Assembly (NCBI GenBank): GCA_965203095.1 | Contig: OZ241877.1 | Coordinates: forward strand, 160,001-224,000 | Reading direction: 5' to 3' | Length of the DNA stretch: 64,000 nt | Origin: Bdellovibrionales bacterium | Lineage (GTDB): Bacteria; Bdellovibrionota; Bdellovibrionia; Bdellovibrionales; UBA1609 | Part shown: in pieces, positions 40,974 through 51,908 of the stretch | How positions within the stretch are numbered: position 1 is the first letter of the stretch | Layout: the number at the start of each line of letters is the position of its first letter | Translations under genes and position numbers: made by a program | The notes under the pieces: model-generated | Told to the model about the DNA's origin: nothing | The model's database searches: none | What the model saw: only the letters and a program-made list of their open reading frames with translations

Positions 40974-43322
40974 TTATTCATCTTGAACAGGGTCGATAGA
41001 CATTCTATCCACATCTCTTAACTCCTCCTTGTAATTAGGACAACGGCGATCCGTAATCTTAAACGGAGTATGTTCCTTAAGCTTGCTTAAATCCAAACCT
41101 CTGGCCTCCCAATCCACCTCCGGCAAATCCTTCCTACACTCAACAAGCTTCCTCTTACAAACCACCTCCCTCACCAAATACTCATGTAATGTCAATATAT
41201 TCGCCTTTGGCTGAATGTTCATAGGAATACAATCCCTCAACCTCAAAGGTGGAGGAAAAGGAAACTCCTTACCACCGGTCACATCCTCATAAGTCCGATC
41301 CACAAACCTCCAAACATCATCACGACGCTCCACTGCCTTCTCCTTCGCCGCAGAAATCGCACTCTTAAAATCCTCAATCCTATCAGGAGCCTCATCTATC
41401 CACCTGTTAAACTTCTCCGATATATTCTCATTCGCTATCCTTCTCCTCCGCTCCTTCGCTTGCCTTTCAAGCCTCCGGGCCGTAGCCCCCTTAACCAAAG
41501 GATTCACACTCCTCGTCCCTTGAGCCCAACCACCTAAAGGATCAAACCTCTTAGCCCTCTGCTCACGAGCATACTCCTTAATATTCTTAATATCCTCCGG
41601 ATGATAAATCTTAAGTTGCTCCTCTGTTAAAACCCCTTCTTCCAACAACAAAGCAATCTCCTCATCATGCTCTTTGTTATTAGAACCCTCAACAGTATTC
41701 TGCTGAACAACAGGATCAGAAGACAAAGCACCAGCACCCGAAGCAGAAACTGAACTTAGATGTCTGCTATTAGAACTATCCGTTCCTGAAGAAGTATCCT
41801 CTCCTCCTGAAGAACCTGGAGTAGTAGAAGTAGGAAGATTATTGGCCTGAGTAAAAGAACCTCCCCCTAAGGCCGAACAAGATTGCTGGAATATACCACC
41901 CACCTTAGCTAACCTCATAGACTCTGAAGTTTTTAAATCATTATAGGGTTTATCACAAGCCGACAAAAAAGGACTTTTTGACGATGACAAAGCCTCTGAT
42001 GATAGGGCCAAGTTAATATCCTTCCTCTCAGACGAAGGCCAAACTTGTGCCACTGCCTTACTGAACTCAAGATTTAAATTTTTTAAAGGTTGTTCACATT
42101 GGGAGCTACTTTGTTGATAAGCTCTCCCAGAGCTACTTACAAGCTCTCCTTCGTGCATAGCCATAGCCTCCACACTATGAAGGGCAAAACAAGAGAGAAA
42201 ATCCCTGTTAAAATCTTCTAACTCGGACAAACAGTTTTCAGCACATTTATCGGTAGAATCCTTGCATATATCATTTAACTGAGACAAAATACCAGACTTT
42301 GACCTTTGAAATGCAGGGCTATTTGCTTGGCACATATTACCACTGCCAGCAGTGTTTCCCGCAGTATTGTTTCCAGCAGATAAAAAAGGTTGCACCTGGG
42401 AATTGTATTTACTCATCACTTCCTCATTGGAAAAATACTCACAACCCGCCCCAGCACAACAACTCTCCACCTCTTTTGTTTGAGATAGGCAGGTTTTAAA
42501 TAAAGAGTTTTCTGAGTTAAGATTTATTTTAGATGATAAAGTAGCAATACAAGATCCTTGAGGGTCCCGGCAGGATTGTTCTGCTTTTTTATACAAATCA
42601 TCTAAAGATTCAAAAAAGGATGTGAATTTTTCTTGCTGTTCAAAACAACCGGCTTGTTTTAACTCGGACAATTTGGAACCGAAGTCACTAAGTGAGGCTT
42701 GGCCTGGATAACGGCTTGTTCTTCCATACCCTGAAAAGGCTCCCTGGGCTTTTTCGACACATTCAGCATAAAATTTATCCCATTCTGAAAAAGGTGGCCA
42801 TAAATTTTGAAGAGCTGATGGAGCTGTCATATCTGCTCGCACTTCAGAAACAGATTTAAACCTTTGGATAGAGGGACTCATTGCCAACTGATAAATATTG
42901 TTGAAACTATCAAAAATAGTTCCAGCACAGCTGTTTCTGGAATTGCGGATGCTTTGCTCCGATGTTTTTCGGTTTTCCACAGATCTTGCCTTATTGTAAT
43001 TCAACATAGCTGTTCTAAAAGAATTGTAATTATTTGGGCAAGCTTTTTGAAAGGCCATACTTGCCGGAAGGTGAGCATTAAAATAATAACTGGATCGCCC
43101 TGCTCGAGGATGGGCCACTCGGCCAAAATGTTGGCTCAACTCATCATCCACAAAACTTTGGTATTGATTGCTTATGTGATGCCCACTTGTTGCGGGAACT
43201 TGCTCAGTGTCTCTATACGATTCAAAGGCATCGTTGGCATTGCTGCTCCAAAAAGAAAGGCCCCCAATACCTATCAAAATAAGGGGAAATAAAAATACGG
43301 TTTTTTTTATATTGAATTTCAT
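40974..43322 (-). CDS. large exported Cys-rich hypothetical protein with Ser/Gly-rich linker
   Basis: AGGGAGG RBS before ATG 43322; N-terminal hydrophobic segment; many Cys; low-complexity linker; charged C-terminus. Confidence 0.75.
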   Translation of the reverse strand: MKFNIKKTVFLFPLILIGIGGLSFWSSNANDAFESYRDTEQVPATSGHHISNQYQSFVDDELSQHFGRVAHPRAGRSSYYFNAHLPASMAFQKACPNNYNSFRTAMLNYNKARSVENRKTSEQSIRNSRNSCAGTIFDSFNNIYQLAMSPSIQRFKSVSEVRADMTAPSALQNLWPPFSEWDKFYAECVEKAQGAFSGYGRTSRYPGQASLSDFGSKLSELKQAGCFEQQEKFTSFFESLDDLYKKAEQSCRDPQGSCIATLSSKINLNSENSLFKTCLSQTKEVESCCAGAGCEYFSNEEVMSKYNSQVQPFLSAGNNTAGNTAGSGNMCQANSPAFQRSKSGILSQLNDICKDSTDKCAENCLSELEDFNRDFLSCFALHSVEAMAMHEGELVSSSGRAYQQSSSQCEQPLKNLNLEFSKAVAQVWPSSERKDINLALSSEALSSSKSPFLSACDKPYNDLKTSESMRLAKVGGIFQQSCSALGGGSFTQANNLPTSTTPGSSGGEDTSSGTDSSNSRHLSSVSASGAGALSSDPVVQQNTVEGSNNKEHDEEIALLLEEGVLTEEQLKIYHPEDIKNIKEYAREQRAKRFDPLGGWAQGTRSVNPLVKGATARRLERQAKERRRRIANENISEKFNRWIDEAPDRIEDFKSAISAAKEKAVERRDDVWRFVDRTYEDVTGGKEFPFPPPLRLRDCIPMNIQPKANILTLHEYLVREVVCKRKLVECRKDLPEVDWEARGLDLSKLKEHTPFKITDRRCPNYKEELRDVDRMSIDPVQDE

Positions 43323-43479
43323 GTTTTCCTCCCTGTTTTTATGTCTTGAAGTCATTTTCAACCACCTCTTGAGCTTAAACGGACTTACATCCTAACAATT
43401 TACAAAAAAAAATCAAAGCTTTTTTTAAGTTTTTTATCTAAAAACACTATTTTTTAGTTTCTTTATCTAAAGGCTATCC

Positions 43480-43880
43480 CATTTTGAGCAAAAAATACCT
43501 TGGCCCCTCACCAGGGATTTTGCTTGTGCAATAGTTTACAGAGGACTTTTTAGTTTATTTGCCCAAAGGCCACAGCATTTCGGGACGGCAATACCTTGGA
43601 CCCTCATGCTGTGGCTTTGGGCAAAAGCAATTGAAAAGCTTGCCTCTATGAAAAAGTCTACATTATGATAGATCGCACAAGCAAAAGTCCATCTTGTTCG
43701 CGGAAAAATACCTTGGACCCTCACCGCTGGCTTTTGCTTGTGCGATAAAGGACAGAGTTTTTTCACAGAGGATTATTTAATTTCTTTGTTAAAAAGCTCC
43801 CCAAGCTTTTTAGTTCTTACCGAGTTTGCCCGAAAGCCCCCTGGGCTTTCAGGCTCCCGTGAAAACGGAAATCCAGATAT
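43480..43880. repeat. mosaic cluster of palindromic repeats (three 27-nt-core hairpins and one RPE-like unit)
   Basis: exact core at 43579-43605 (minus); degenerate cores near 43491-43509 and 43697-43722; TCCCGTGAAAACGGAAATCCAG near 43855. Confidence 0.78.
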
Positions 43881-44000
43881 CCTGGATCTCAACACTAAAG
43901 TTTTGTTCATGCTATAATTTCAGGAAAAATATTTAATTAAAAAACTGTTCAATCTTTAAACAGTTTTTTTAAAAAAACAGGTTTTGTTTAAAGGTTCAGT

Positions 44001-44039
44001 AGGCTAAAACTTGACTTTTAGCCTGTTTTTAGTTATAAA
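44001..44039 (+). promoter_or_regulatory. sigma70 promoter with palindrome straddling -35, repeated before each array gene
   Basis: AGGCTAAAA-CTTGAC-TTTTAGCCT; TTGACT-17bp-TATAAA; AGGAGG RBS downstream. Confidence 0.72.
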
Positions 44040-44080
44040 TGTTTCATATTCATATTAAAGCATAAAAATAAGGAGGATTT

Positions 44081-45040
44081 ATGTTTTTAAAGCTTTTAAC
44101 TTTGATGATGATGATTTTTACTTTAAATGCTTATGCCAATCCATCTTGTTCGGTAGTAGAGCAAGCATATCATAACTATCCGGAAAATGATGCTAATTCT
44201 ATGAATTATGCTCATTGCCTTATCTTTAACGGGGATAAAGAAAAGGCTTTAGCTTTTATCCAACAGCTTGACAACCAAGGCTATATTCCTGGGGTTTTTT
44301 ATATGGCCAAATATATTCAGCACCAATGGAATTATGGAACAAGGGATTATGATCGTTTAGATGAAATTATAATGGCTTATCTCCGGGTAATATCTTTAAT
44401 TGAAGGGGCTTATGACTATCCCCAATTTAATGGGCCACGTTTTGATGGTGCTCTGCTCTGGTATGAGCAAACAGACCAGATGGAGCTGAACTCCCATTAT
44501 AATGTTCCTATGACTTACTTTCATAAGTTTAAAAAAGGAGCCGCAGGCATTTATAATTTATATTTAATGCAATCTTCTAATTACAGTGGGGAGAGGGATT
44601 TAAACACTTACCCCACTTACAATTTATATACTGAAGACAGTTTGGAAAAAACCATTGAGCATGCCAACCGTTGCCTTTCCCTACCGATGAAAGATTATTT
44701 TATAGAGGAGGTCTACCAGTTTTATCAATCAGCTTGTCAGGTATTAAAAGATTCTGCCCAAGCCCTTTTGCCATTAGAGAGGGAAAGGCTCTCCCTTTTA
44801 AACAAAAGGTCTTGCAGGGATACTTTGCCGAATTGTCAAGAGTATGATGAATTGGTTAAAGAGAAAATGTTTCCGATTATTGGAGAAACTCATGATGAAT
44901 TGGATATAATATTTGATGAGCTGAATCGCTTTTTAGAAAAGAAGGATGCTTGCTTAGAGGCAGAACTTGAAAGAAGACAAAGACTTTTTGATGAGCAGGG
45001 AATAATCCTAACTGATGAATTTACTTGTGATATATCATAG
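44081..45040 (+). CDS. secreted helical (Sel1/TPR-like) hypothetical protein, tandem paralog 1
   Basis: signal MFLKLLTLMMMIFTLNAYA; conserved Cys; highly similar to the next three ORFs; unique C-terminal tail. Confidence 0.85.
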   Translation: MFLKLLTLMMMIFTLNAYANPSCSVVEQAYHNYPENDANSMNYAHCLIFNGDKEKALAFIQQLDNQGYIPGVFYMAKYIQHQWNYGTRDYDRLDEIIMAYLRVISLIEGAYDYPQFNGPRFDGALLWYEQTDQMELNSHYNVPMTYFHKFKKGAAGIYNLYLMQSSNYSGERDLNTYPTYNLYTEDSLEKTIEHANRCLSLPMKDYFIEEVYQFYQSACQVLKDSAQALLPLERERLSLLNKRSCRDTLPNCQEYDELVKEKMFPIIGETHDELDIIFDELNRFLEKKDACLEAELERRQRLFDEQGIILTDEFTCDIS

Positions 45041-45160
45041 AAATTCGTTTTTTTAAAAAAACAAGTTTTGTTTAAAGGTTCAGTAGGTTAAAACTTGACT
45101 TTTAGCCTATTTTTAGTTATAAATGTTTCATATTGAAGTATAAAAAATTAAGGAGGATTT

Positions 45161-46132
45161 ATGTTTTTTAAGCTCTTAACTTTGATGATGATGATTTTTA
45201 CTTTAAATGCTTATGCCAATCCATCCTGTCGGGAATGGGAGGAAGAATATCATTATTCTCCAGATTATCTCCCGGATGTTATGGGTTATGCCCGTTGCCT
45301 TATCTTTAACGGGGATAAAGAAAAGGCTTTGGCTTTTATTCAAGACCTGGACAATCGAGGCTATATCCCTGGGGTTTTTTATATGGCCAAATATATTCAT
45401 GACAATTGGACTTTTAAGACAATGAATTATGATAAGTTAGATGAAACTATAGTGGCTTATCTCCGGGTAATATCTTTAATTGAAGGGACTTTTGACTACC
45501 CCCGATTTAATGGCCAAAATTTTGATACTGTCCTGCTCTGGCATGAGCAAACAGACCAGATGGAGCTGAACTCCCATTATAATGTTCCTATGACTTACTT
45601 TCATAAGTTTAAAAAAGGAGCGGCAGGTATTTATAATTTATATTTAATGCAATCTCCTAATTACAGTGGGGAGAGGGATTTAAACACTTACCCCACTTAC
45701 AATTTATATACTGAGGACAGTTTGGAAAAAACTATTGAGCATGCCAACCGTTGCCTTTCCCTACCGATGAAAGATTATTTTATAGAGGAGGTCTATAGGT
45801 TTTATCAATCGGCTTGTCAGGTATTAAAAGATTCTGCCCAAGCCCTTTTGCCATTAGAGGGGGAGAGGCTCTCCCTTTTAAACAAAAGATCTTGCAGGGA
45901 TACTTTGCCGGATTGTCAAGAGTATGATGAATTGGTTAAAGAGAAAATGTTTCCGATTATTGGAGAAACTCATGATGAATTGGAAGTGATATTTGATGAG
46001 TTGAGTCGCTTTGTAGAGGAGAAGGAAGCCCGTGATGCAGAGATAAGCAGAAAATTTCAGGAAGAACTGGACGCTGTCACTTCAGATGAGGAACACCTTG
46101 AACTTTTACGAAAATATAAACTGATTGATTAA
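45161..46132 (+). CDS. tandem paralog 2
   Basis: same leader; divergent N-terminal segment SCREWEEEYH... Confidence 0.85.
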   Translation: MFFKLLTLMMMIFTLNAYANPSCREWEEEYHYSPDYLPDVMGYARCLIFNGDKEKALAFIQDLDNRGYIPGVFYMAKYIHDNWTFKTMNYDKLDETIVAYLRVISLIEGTFDYPRFNGQNFDTVLLWHEQTDQMELNSHYNVPMTYFHKFKKGAAGIYNLYLMQSPNYSGERDLNTYPTYNLYTEDSLEKTIEHANRCLSLPMKDYFIEEVYRFYQSACQVLKDSAQALLPLEGERLSLLNKRSCRDTLPDCQEYDELVKEKMFPIIGETHDELEVIFDELSRFVEEKEARDAEISRKFQEELDAVTSDEEHLELLRKYKLID

Positions 46133-46277
46133 ATTATTTTGATATTGAGAATTCTGGCTTTAAACAGTTTTTTTAAAAAATAAGTTTTGTTTAAAGGTTC
46201 AGCAGGTTAAAACTTGACTTTTAGCCTGTTTTTAGTTATAAATGTCTCATATTAAAGCATAAAAATAAGGAGGATTT

Positions 46278-47249
46278 ATGTTTTTTAAGCTCTTAACTTT
46301 GATGATGATGATTTTTACTTTAAATGCTTATGCCAATCCATCTTGTTCGGTAGTAGAGCAAGCATATCATGCTCATCCGGAACATAATGCTACTTCTATG
46401 AATTATGCTCATTGCCTTATCTTTAACGGGGATAAAGAAAAGGCTTTGGCTTTTATCCAACAGCTTGACAGACAAGGTTATATTCCTGGGGTTTTTTATA
46501 TGGCCAAATACATTCAGCACCAATGGAATTATGGAACAAGGGATTATGATCGTTTAGATGAAATTATAATGGCTTATCTCCGGGCAATCTCTTTAATTGA
46601 AGGGACTTTTGACTACCCCCGATTTAATGGCCAAAATTTTGATGGTGCTCTGCTCTGGTATGAGCAAACAGACAGTATGGAGCTGAACTCCCATTATCAG
46701 GTTCCTATGACTTACTTTCATAAATTTACACAAGGAGCTATCGGCATTTATAATTTATATTTAATGCAATCTCCTAATTATAGTGGAGGGAGGGATTTAA
46801 ACACTTACCCCACTTACAATTTATATACTGAGGACAGTTTGGAAAAAACTATTGAGCATGCCAACCGTTGCCTTTCCCTACCAATGAAGATTTATTTTAT
46901 AGAGGAGGTCTATAGGTTTTATCAATCAGCCTGTCAGGTATTAAAAGATTCTGCCCAAGCCCTTTTGCCATTAGAGGGGGAAAGGCTGTCCCTTTTAAAC
47001 AAAAGATCTTGCAGGAGTGCTTTGCCGAATTGTCAAGAGTATAATGACTTGGCTGATAGGGAAATGATTCCAATTATTGATAAAGTTTTTGATGAGTTAG
47101 ATGTAATATTTGATGAGTTGAACCGCTTTTTAGAAGAGAAGGAAGCTCGTGATGCAGAGATAAGCAGAAAATTTCAGGAAGAACTGGACGCTGTCACTTC
47201 AGATGAGGAACACCTTGAACTTTTACGAAAATATGACCTGATTGATTAA
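46278..47249 (+). CDS. tandem paralog 3
   Basis: same leader and body; unique patch YNDLADREMIPIIDKVF. Confidence 0.85.
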   Translation: MFFKLLTLMMMIFTLNAYANPSCSVVEQAYHAHPEHNATSMNYAHCLIFNGDKEKALAFIQQLDRQGYIPGVFYMAKYIQHQWNYGTRDYDRLDEIIMAYLRAISLIEGTFDYPRFNGQNFDGALLWYEQTDSMELNSHYQVPMTYFHKFTQGAIGIYNLYLMQSPNYSGGRDLNTYPTYNLYTEDSLEKTIEHANRCLSLPMKIYFIEEVYRFYQSACQVLKDSAQALLPLEGERLSLLNKRSCRSALPNCQEYNDLADREMIPIIDKVFDELDVIFDELNRFLEEKEARDAEISRKFQEELDAVTSDEEHLELLRKYDLID

Positions 47250-47399
47250 ATTATTTTGATATTGAGAAACTTGGCTTTCCTGCCTCAACTTTTTTTTAAA
47301 AACAAGTTTTGTTTAAAGGTTCAGTAGGCTAAAACTTGACTTTTAGCTTGTTTTTAGTTATAAATGTTTCATATTGAGGCATAAAAATAAGGAGGATTT

Positions 47400-48371
47400 A
47401 TGTTTTTAAAGCTCTTAACCTTGATGATGATGATTTTTACTTTAAATGCTTATGCCAATCCATCTTGTTCGGTAGTAGAGCAAGCATATCATAACTATCC
47501 GGAAAATGATGCTAATTCTATGAATTATGCTCATTGCCTTATCTTTAACGGGGATAAAGAAAAGGCTTTAGCTTTTATCCAACAGCTTGACAGACAAGGT
47601 TATATTCCTGGGGCTTTTTATATGGCCAAACACATTCAGCACAGATGGAATTATGGAACAAGGGATTATGATCGTTTAGATGAAATTATAATGGCTTATC
47701 TCCGGGCAATCTCTTTAATTGAAGGGGCTTATGACTACCCCCGATTTAATGGCCAAAATTTTGATACTGTCCTGCTCTGGCATGAGCAAACAGACCAGAT
47801 GGAGCTGAGTTCTCATTATCGGGTCCCTATGACTTACTTTCATAAGTTTAAAAAAGGAGCGGCAGGTATTTATAATTTATATTTAATGCAATCTTCTAAT
47901 TACAGTGGGGAGAGGGATTTAAACACTTACCCCACTTACAATTTATATACTGAGGACAGTTTGGAAAAAACTATTGAGCATGCCAACCGTTGCCTTTCCC
48001 TACCGATGAAAGATTATTTTATAGAGGAGGTCTATAGGTTTTATCAATCGGCTTGTCAGGTATTAAAAGATTCTGCCCAAGCCCTTTTGCCATTAGAGGG
48101 GGAGAGGCTCTCCCTTTTAAACAAAAGATCTTGCAGGGATACTTTGCCGGATTGTCAAGAGTATGATGAATTGGTTAAAGAGAAAATGTTTCCGATTATT
48201 GGAGAAACTCATGATGAATTGGAAGTGATATTTGATGAGTTGAGTCGCTTTGTAGAGGAGAAGGAAGCCCGTGATGCAGAGATAAGCAGAAAATTTCAGG
48301 AAGAACTGGACGCTGTCACTTCAGATGAGGAACACCTTGAACTTTTACGAAAATATAAACTGATTGATTAA
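47400..48371 (+). CDS. tandem paralog 4
   Basis: N-terminus like copy 1, C-terminal half like copy 2. Confidence 0.85.
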   Translation: MFLKLLTLMMMIFTLNAYANPSCSVVEQAYHNYPENDANSMNYAHCLIFNGDKEKALAFIQQLDRQGYIPGAFYMAKHIQHRWNYGTRDYDRLDEIIMAYLRAISLIEGAYDYPRFNGQNFDTVLLWHEQTDQMELSSHYRVPMTYFHKFKKGAAGIYNLYLMQSSNYSGERDLNTYPTYNLYTEDSLEKTIEHANRCLSLPMKDYFIEEVYRFYQSACQVLKDSAQALLPLEGERLSLLNKRSCRDTLPDCQEYDELVKEKMFPIIGETHDELEVIFDELSRFVEEKEARDAEISRKFQEELDAVTSDEEHLELLRKYKLID

Positions 48372-48517
48372 ATTATTTTGATATTGAGAATTCTGGCTTT
48401 AAACAGTTTTTTTAAAAAAACAGGTTTTGTTTAAAGGTTCAGTAGGCTAAAACTTGACTTTTAGCCTGTTTTTAGTTATAAATGTTTCATATTAAAGCAT
48501 AAAAATAAGGAGGATTT

Positions 48518-48613
48518 ATGTTTTTTAAGCTCTTAACTTTGATGATGATGATTTTTACTTTAAATGCTTATGCCAACCCGGCTTGTCAGGAATGGAAGCA
48601 AACTCTCACATAG
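48518..48613 (+). pseudogene. truncated fifth paralog (promoter, RBS and signal peptide only)
   Basis: MFFKLLTLMMMIFTLNAYANPACQEWKQTLT*. Confidence 0.85.
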
Positions 48614-48641
48614 TTTTAAAATGAATTTTTAATTCAAACAA

Positions 48642-49475
48642 ATGACAGGTAATAAAATGAGTATAAAAGATTCAACAAAGGCCGATATTTTTTGGATTGA
48701 TTCTCATGCTCATATAGATAAATTGAGCGGTCCTGTTGAAGAGACATTAAAAAAGGCTCAAGAGGCGAAGGTTTTTCGGATTTTGACTATTGGCACAGAG
48801 CCAGAGGATTGGGAAAAGGTAATATCCCTTTGCCGGCAAAATTTTCCGGAAGTTTACGGTGCCTTGGGGATGCACCCCCACACTGCCAAGGACTTTAATG
48901 AGGACTGCGAAAAGTTTTTACAAAAACATTTGCCCTCAAAGCGAATTGTCGCTATGGGGGAAATTGGTTTAGATTATTATTATGAAAATTCAAAAAGGGA
49001 AACTCAAAAAGAGGTTTTTGAAAAACAACTCTCACTGGCTTATGATTTGAGAATGCCGGTGGAAATTCATACCCGACAAGCGGAAGAGGACACCAGCTTT
49101 TTTTTACAGCAATTCCGTGGGAAGTTAAGAGGGCTTTTGCACTGTTTTTCCAGTTCATACAGTTTAGCAAAACAAGCCTTAGACTATGGTTTTGATATTT
49201 CCTTTAGTGGGATTTTGACTTTTAAAAATGCGGAAAACTTAAGAGAAATTTGTAAAAAAATCCCTTTAGATCGCCTCCATATAGAAACTGATTCTCCTTT
49301 TTTATCCCCTGTGCCCTATCGTGGGAAGGAAAATCATCCCTCCCGCACTGCTCTTGTGGCCCAGCAGGTGGCGGAACTGCATTCTATAGATTTGCCATTG
49401 CTATCCGAACAGTTGAGGCAAAACACTTGGAATCTTTTCCCTAAAATCCAACAAGAAGAGAAAGAATCTTTTTGA
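48642..49475 (+). CDS. tatD: TatD-family deoxyribonuclease
   Basis: IDSHAH, GMHPH, GEIGLDYYY, IHTR, LHCFS, ETDSPFLSPVPYRGK.N. Confidence 0.93.
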   Translation: MTGNKMSIKDSTKADIFWIDSHAHIDKLSGPVEETLKKAQEAKVFRILTIGTEPEDWEKVISLCRQNFPEVYGALGMHPHTAKDFNEDCEKFLQKHLPSKRIVAMGEIGLDYYYENSKRETQKEVFEKQLSLAYDLRMPVEIHTRQAEEDTSFFLQQFRGKLRGLLHCFSSSYSLAKQALDYGFDISFSGILTFKNAENLREICKKIPLDRLHIETDSPFLSPVPYRGKENHPSRTALVAQQVAELHSIDLPLLSEQLRQNTWNLFPKIQQEEKESF

Positions 49476-49514
49476 CGAAGTTTGACGAAGTGAGTTTTTT
49501 ATTTTATAGATGAG

Positions 49515-50546
49515 TTGAAGGGAAAAATGACAAAAAGTAAAAAATCTCAATTAAGAGTGGCCCTCAACGGTTTTGGGCGAATCGGCCGGCGGATTTTTCG
49601 CCAAGGTTTTGACTCTTTAAATATAGTTTTAGTTAATGGGACCAGTTCGCCATCAGCTATGGCTCATCTTTTACAATACGATTCCATTTATGGGCAATGG
49701 GATCCCATGGTTTCAGTTAAAGGGCAAGATCTTATTGTGAAGGGTCGGCCTGTTTCTTGCCTACAGGAGAAAAATCCATCCCTTATAAATTGGGGCGATT
49801 ATCAAGTGGATGTCGTCTTGGAGTGTTCCGGTAAATTTAAAAAATCTTCAGATTGGCAAAAGGCATTTTCTAAAGGGGTGAAAAAAGTAGTTGTCTCTAC
49901 CGTAATGGAGGATCCGGATTTCACTTTAGTTTATGGAGTCAACCAAGGGGAATACCAAAAAGAGCAGAATCATTTTATCAGTAGTGCCTCTTGCACAAGC
50001 AACTGTCTTGCACCTATAATTAAAGTTCTAAAAGAGTCTTGTGGTGTCCGGCGGGTGTTTTTTTCAACCATTCACTCTTACACGAGGGATCAAAATCTTT
50101 TAGACAGTTCCCACAAAAAAGATTGGAGACGGGCCCGTTCTGCTGGGCTGAACATTATTCCCACAAGCACTGGAGCCAGCCAAGCTCTGTCCTCAATTTT
50201 CCCTGAATTAAAAAATAGCTTTCAAGGAATGGCTTTTCGTGTGCCCACTGCTAATGTCAGCCTGTTGGATTTAACTATAGAAATTAAAAAATCCTTTTCT
50301 TTAGATGAGATCCATCAGGCCTTCCGGAAGTCAGCCTCCACAGATCTTAAAGGGATTTTAGCTGTAGAAGAGCTACCTTTAGTCAGTTCAGATTTTATTG
50401 GGCGGAGGGAAAGTGCCATAATAGACTTCCCTCTATCTTTTTTGCAGGGGAAGGCATTGCGACTTGTCTCCTGGTATGATAACGAGGCGGGCTTTTCAGA
50501 AAGAATGATTGATTTTGTCCATTACATGGATTCTCAAGCTTGTTAA
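49515..50546 (+). CDS. gap: type I glyceraldehyde-3-phosphate dehydrogenase
   Basis: NGFGRIGR, ASCTSNCLAP, NIIPTSTGA, GMAFRVPT, SWYDNE. Confidence 0.92.
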   Translation: MKGKMTKSKKSQLRVALNGFGRIGRRIFRQGFDSLNIVLVNGTSSPSAMAHLLQYDSIYGQWDPMVSVKGQDLIVKGRPVSCLQEKNPSLINWGDYQVDVVLECSGKFKKSSDWQKAFSKGVKKVVVSTVMEDPDFTLVYGVNQGEYQKEQNHFISSASCTSNCLAPIIKVLKESCGVRRVFFSTIHSYTRDQNLLDSSHKKDWRRARSAGLNIIPTSTGASQALSSIFPELKNSFQGMAFRVPTANVSLLDLTIEIKKSFSLDEIHQAFRKSASTDLKGILAVEELPLVSSDFIGRRESAIIDFPLSFLQGKALRLVSWYDNEAGFSERMIDFVHYMDSQAC

Positions 50547-50573
50547 AAAGCCCAGGGGACTTTTTAACAAGCT
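50537..50573. terminator. bidirectional hairpin between convergent genes
   Basis: AGCTTGTTAAAAAG-9nt-CTTTTTAACAAGCT, perfect 14-bp stem. Confidence 0.65.
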
Positions 50574-50592
50574 GAGTTTTTGTCAGGAAGAA

Positions 50593-51336
50593 TTATTGGC
50601 AAATTTTAGTTGGTCTTTGTTTTAAATTCTGAATTTGAGCTCGTTTCCATATAGGCCAAAGCCATTTGAGTGACTGATCTCCTTCCAAAAAATCTCTTGG
50701 AAAAACACCTAAGGAGTTGAGTTTCTCAATCAAACTTTCCTCATGGGGTGACAGCAGTTGGAAGTAAATGTCTGTTCCCACTTCGTTCTTTTTGAACTTT
50801 TCTTGCAAGTTCATCAAGATCTCTTTTAGAGTATGGCTCACTTGCTTTTTTTTCAGGTTGGTCAAGCAAAAAGAACCGGTTTGATTGTTGTAATAAGAAC
50901 TGGCTTGATACAGTTGAAATTTTTCACTGTCCTGGCAGTAGCCATTGCTTAAAAGAAGAGCTTGTTCTTCAAAAGAGATTTCACCGGCAATCACTGAGAT
51001 TAGCGGATCTGAACCTACAATATAGCGAGGCCAACCATTTTTAGCTATATAGCGATCAAAAAGCCCCAGACTGATCAAAAAGTTCAAGACAAAAGACTGA
51101 GGGCTGGCCATAAGATTTTTGATATCTTGAGTGAGGCAATATACCCAAACAGGAATATGTATATCGTTTTCCCTTAGAATATCCTGATATTGCCTCAGGC
51201 GATTCAAAACCTCCGGGATGCGAAAAACCTCCACATAAAAGTGGTTGTTTGTTCTGGTATTGGGCCGGTTCAAGATAAGGACCGGTTTTGTTCCGTATTT
51301 GTTTTTGTGGCTTGTCACAGCGATCTCCTTTCTCAA
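50593..51336 (-). CDS. hypothetical protein
   Basis: 247-aa ORF divergent from the gliding operon; no recognised motif. Confidence 0.65.
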   Translation of the reverse strand: MRKEIAVTSHKNKYGTKPVLILNRPNTRTNNHFYVEVFRIPEVLNRLRQYQDILRENDIHIPVWVYCLTQDIKNLMASPQSFVLNFLISLGLFDRYIAKNGWPRYIVGSDPLISVIAGEISFEEQALLLSNGYCQDSEKFQLYQASSYYNNQTGSFCLTNLKKKQVSHTLKEILMNLQEKFKKNEVGTDIYFQLLSPHEESLIEKLNSLGVFPRDFLEGDQSLKWLWPIWKRAQIQNLKQRPTKICQ

Positions 51337-51908
51337 TCACTGAAAAAACATCCAGTGATTAAAGTCCGATGAGGCTTAAACTTTATAAAAAAGCTCAACC
51401 TGATCTGTATTAAATTGTTTAAGAAGTAGTGCTCATATTTTTGTTCTGGAGCACCCATAAAGCCTTTTCTTTAGCCTTTATTTAAAAAAGCTGTTGAAAA
51501 AGTGTGAAATAAGTAAAACTCTCTTTTAAAAAAATGTCTACAATAAATTTAATTTTTTTCATAATTTTTGGATTAAAAGCCATTTTTATTGATTTTATAG
51601 GCTTTTTGTTTTTTAAAAATGAGACACTTTTATAAAAAATTGCTTAATTTTTAGGCACAATCAAAAGCTCAGTTATGAGGATCCAAGGTATTTTTCTTGC
51701 GAAAAGAATGGATTTGGACAAAGAAATTAAAGAGTAATGCTTTATAGCACAATCTAAAGCCCAGTTATGAGGATCCAAGGTATTTTTCCAGCAAAAGGGG
51801 ATGAGTTTGGACTAATGTCTTGTATTGTGCCCTCTGCCCCCCCACATTCTTTGATAATTTTCAGGAGTTGTATATTATTATTGCTATCCTGGATATTGAG
51901 GGCAGGTT

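Noticed and set aside
44081..48371. Diversity-generating retroelement acting on the paralog array
   Set aside because: Differences are not adenine-specific and no reverse transcriptase is in the window
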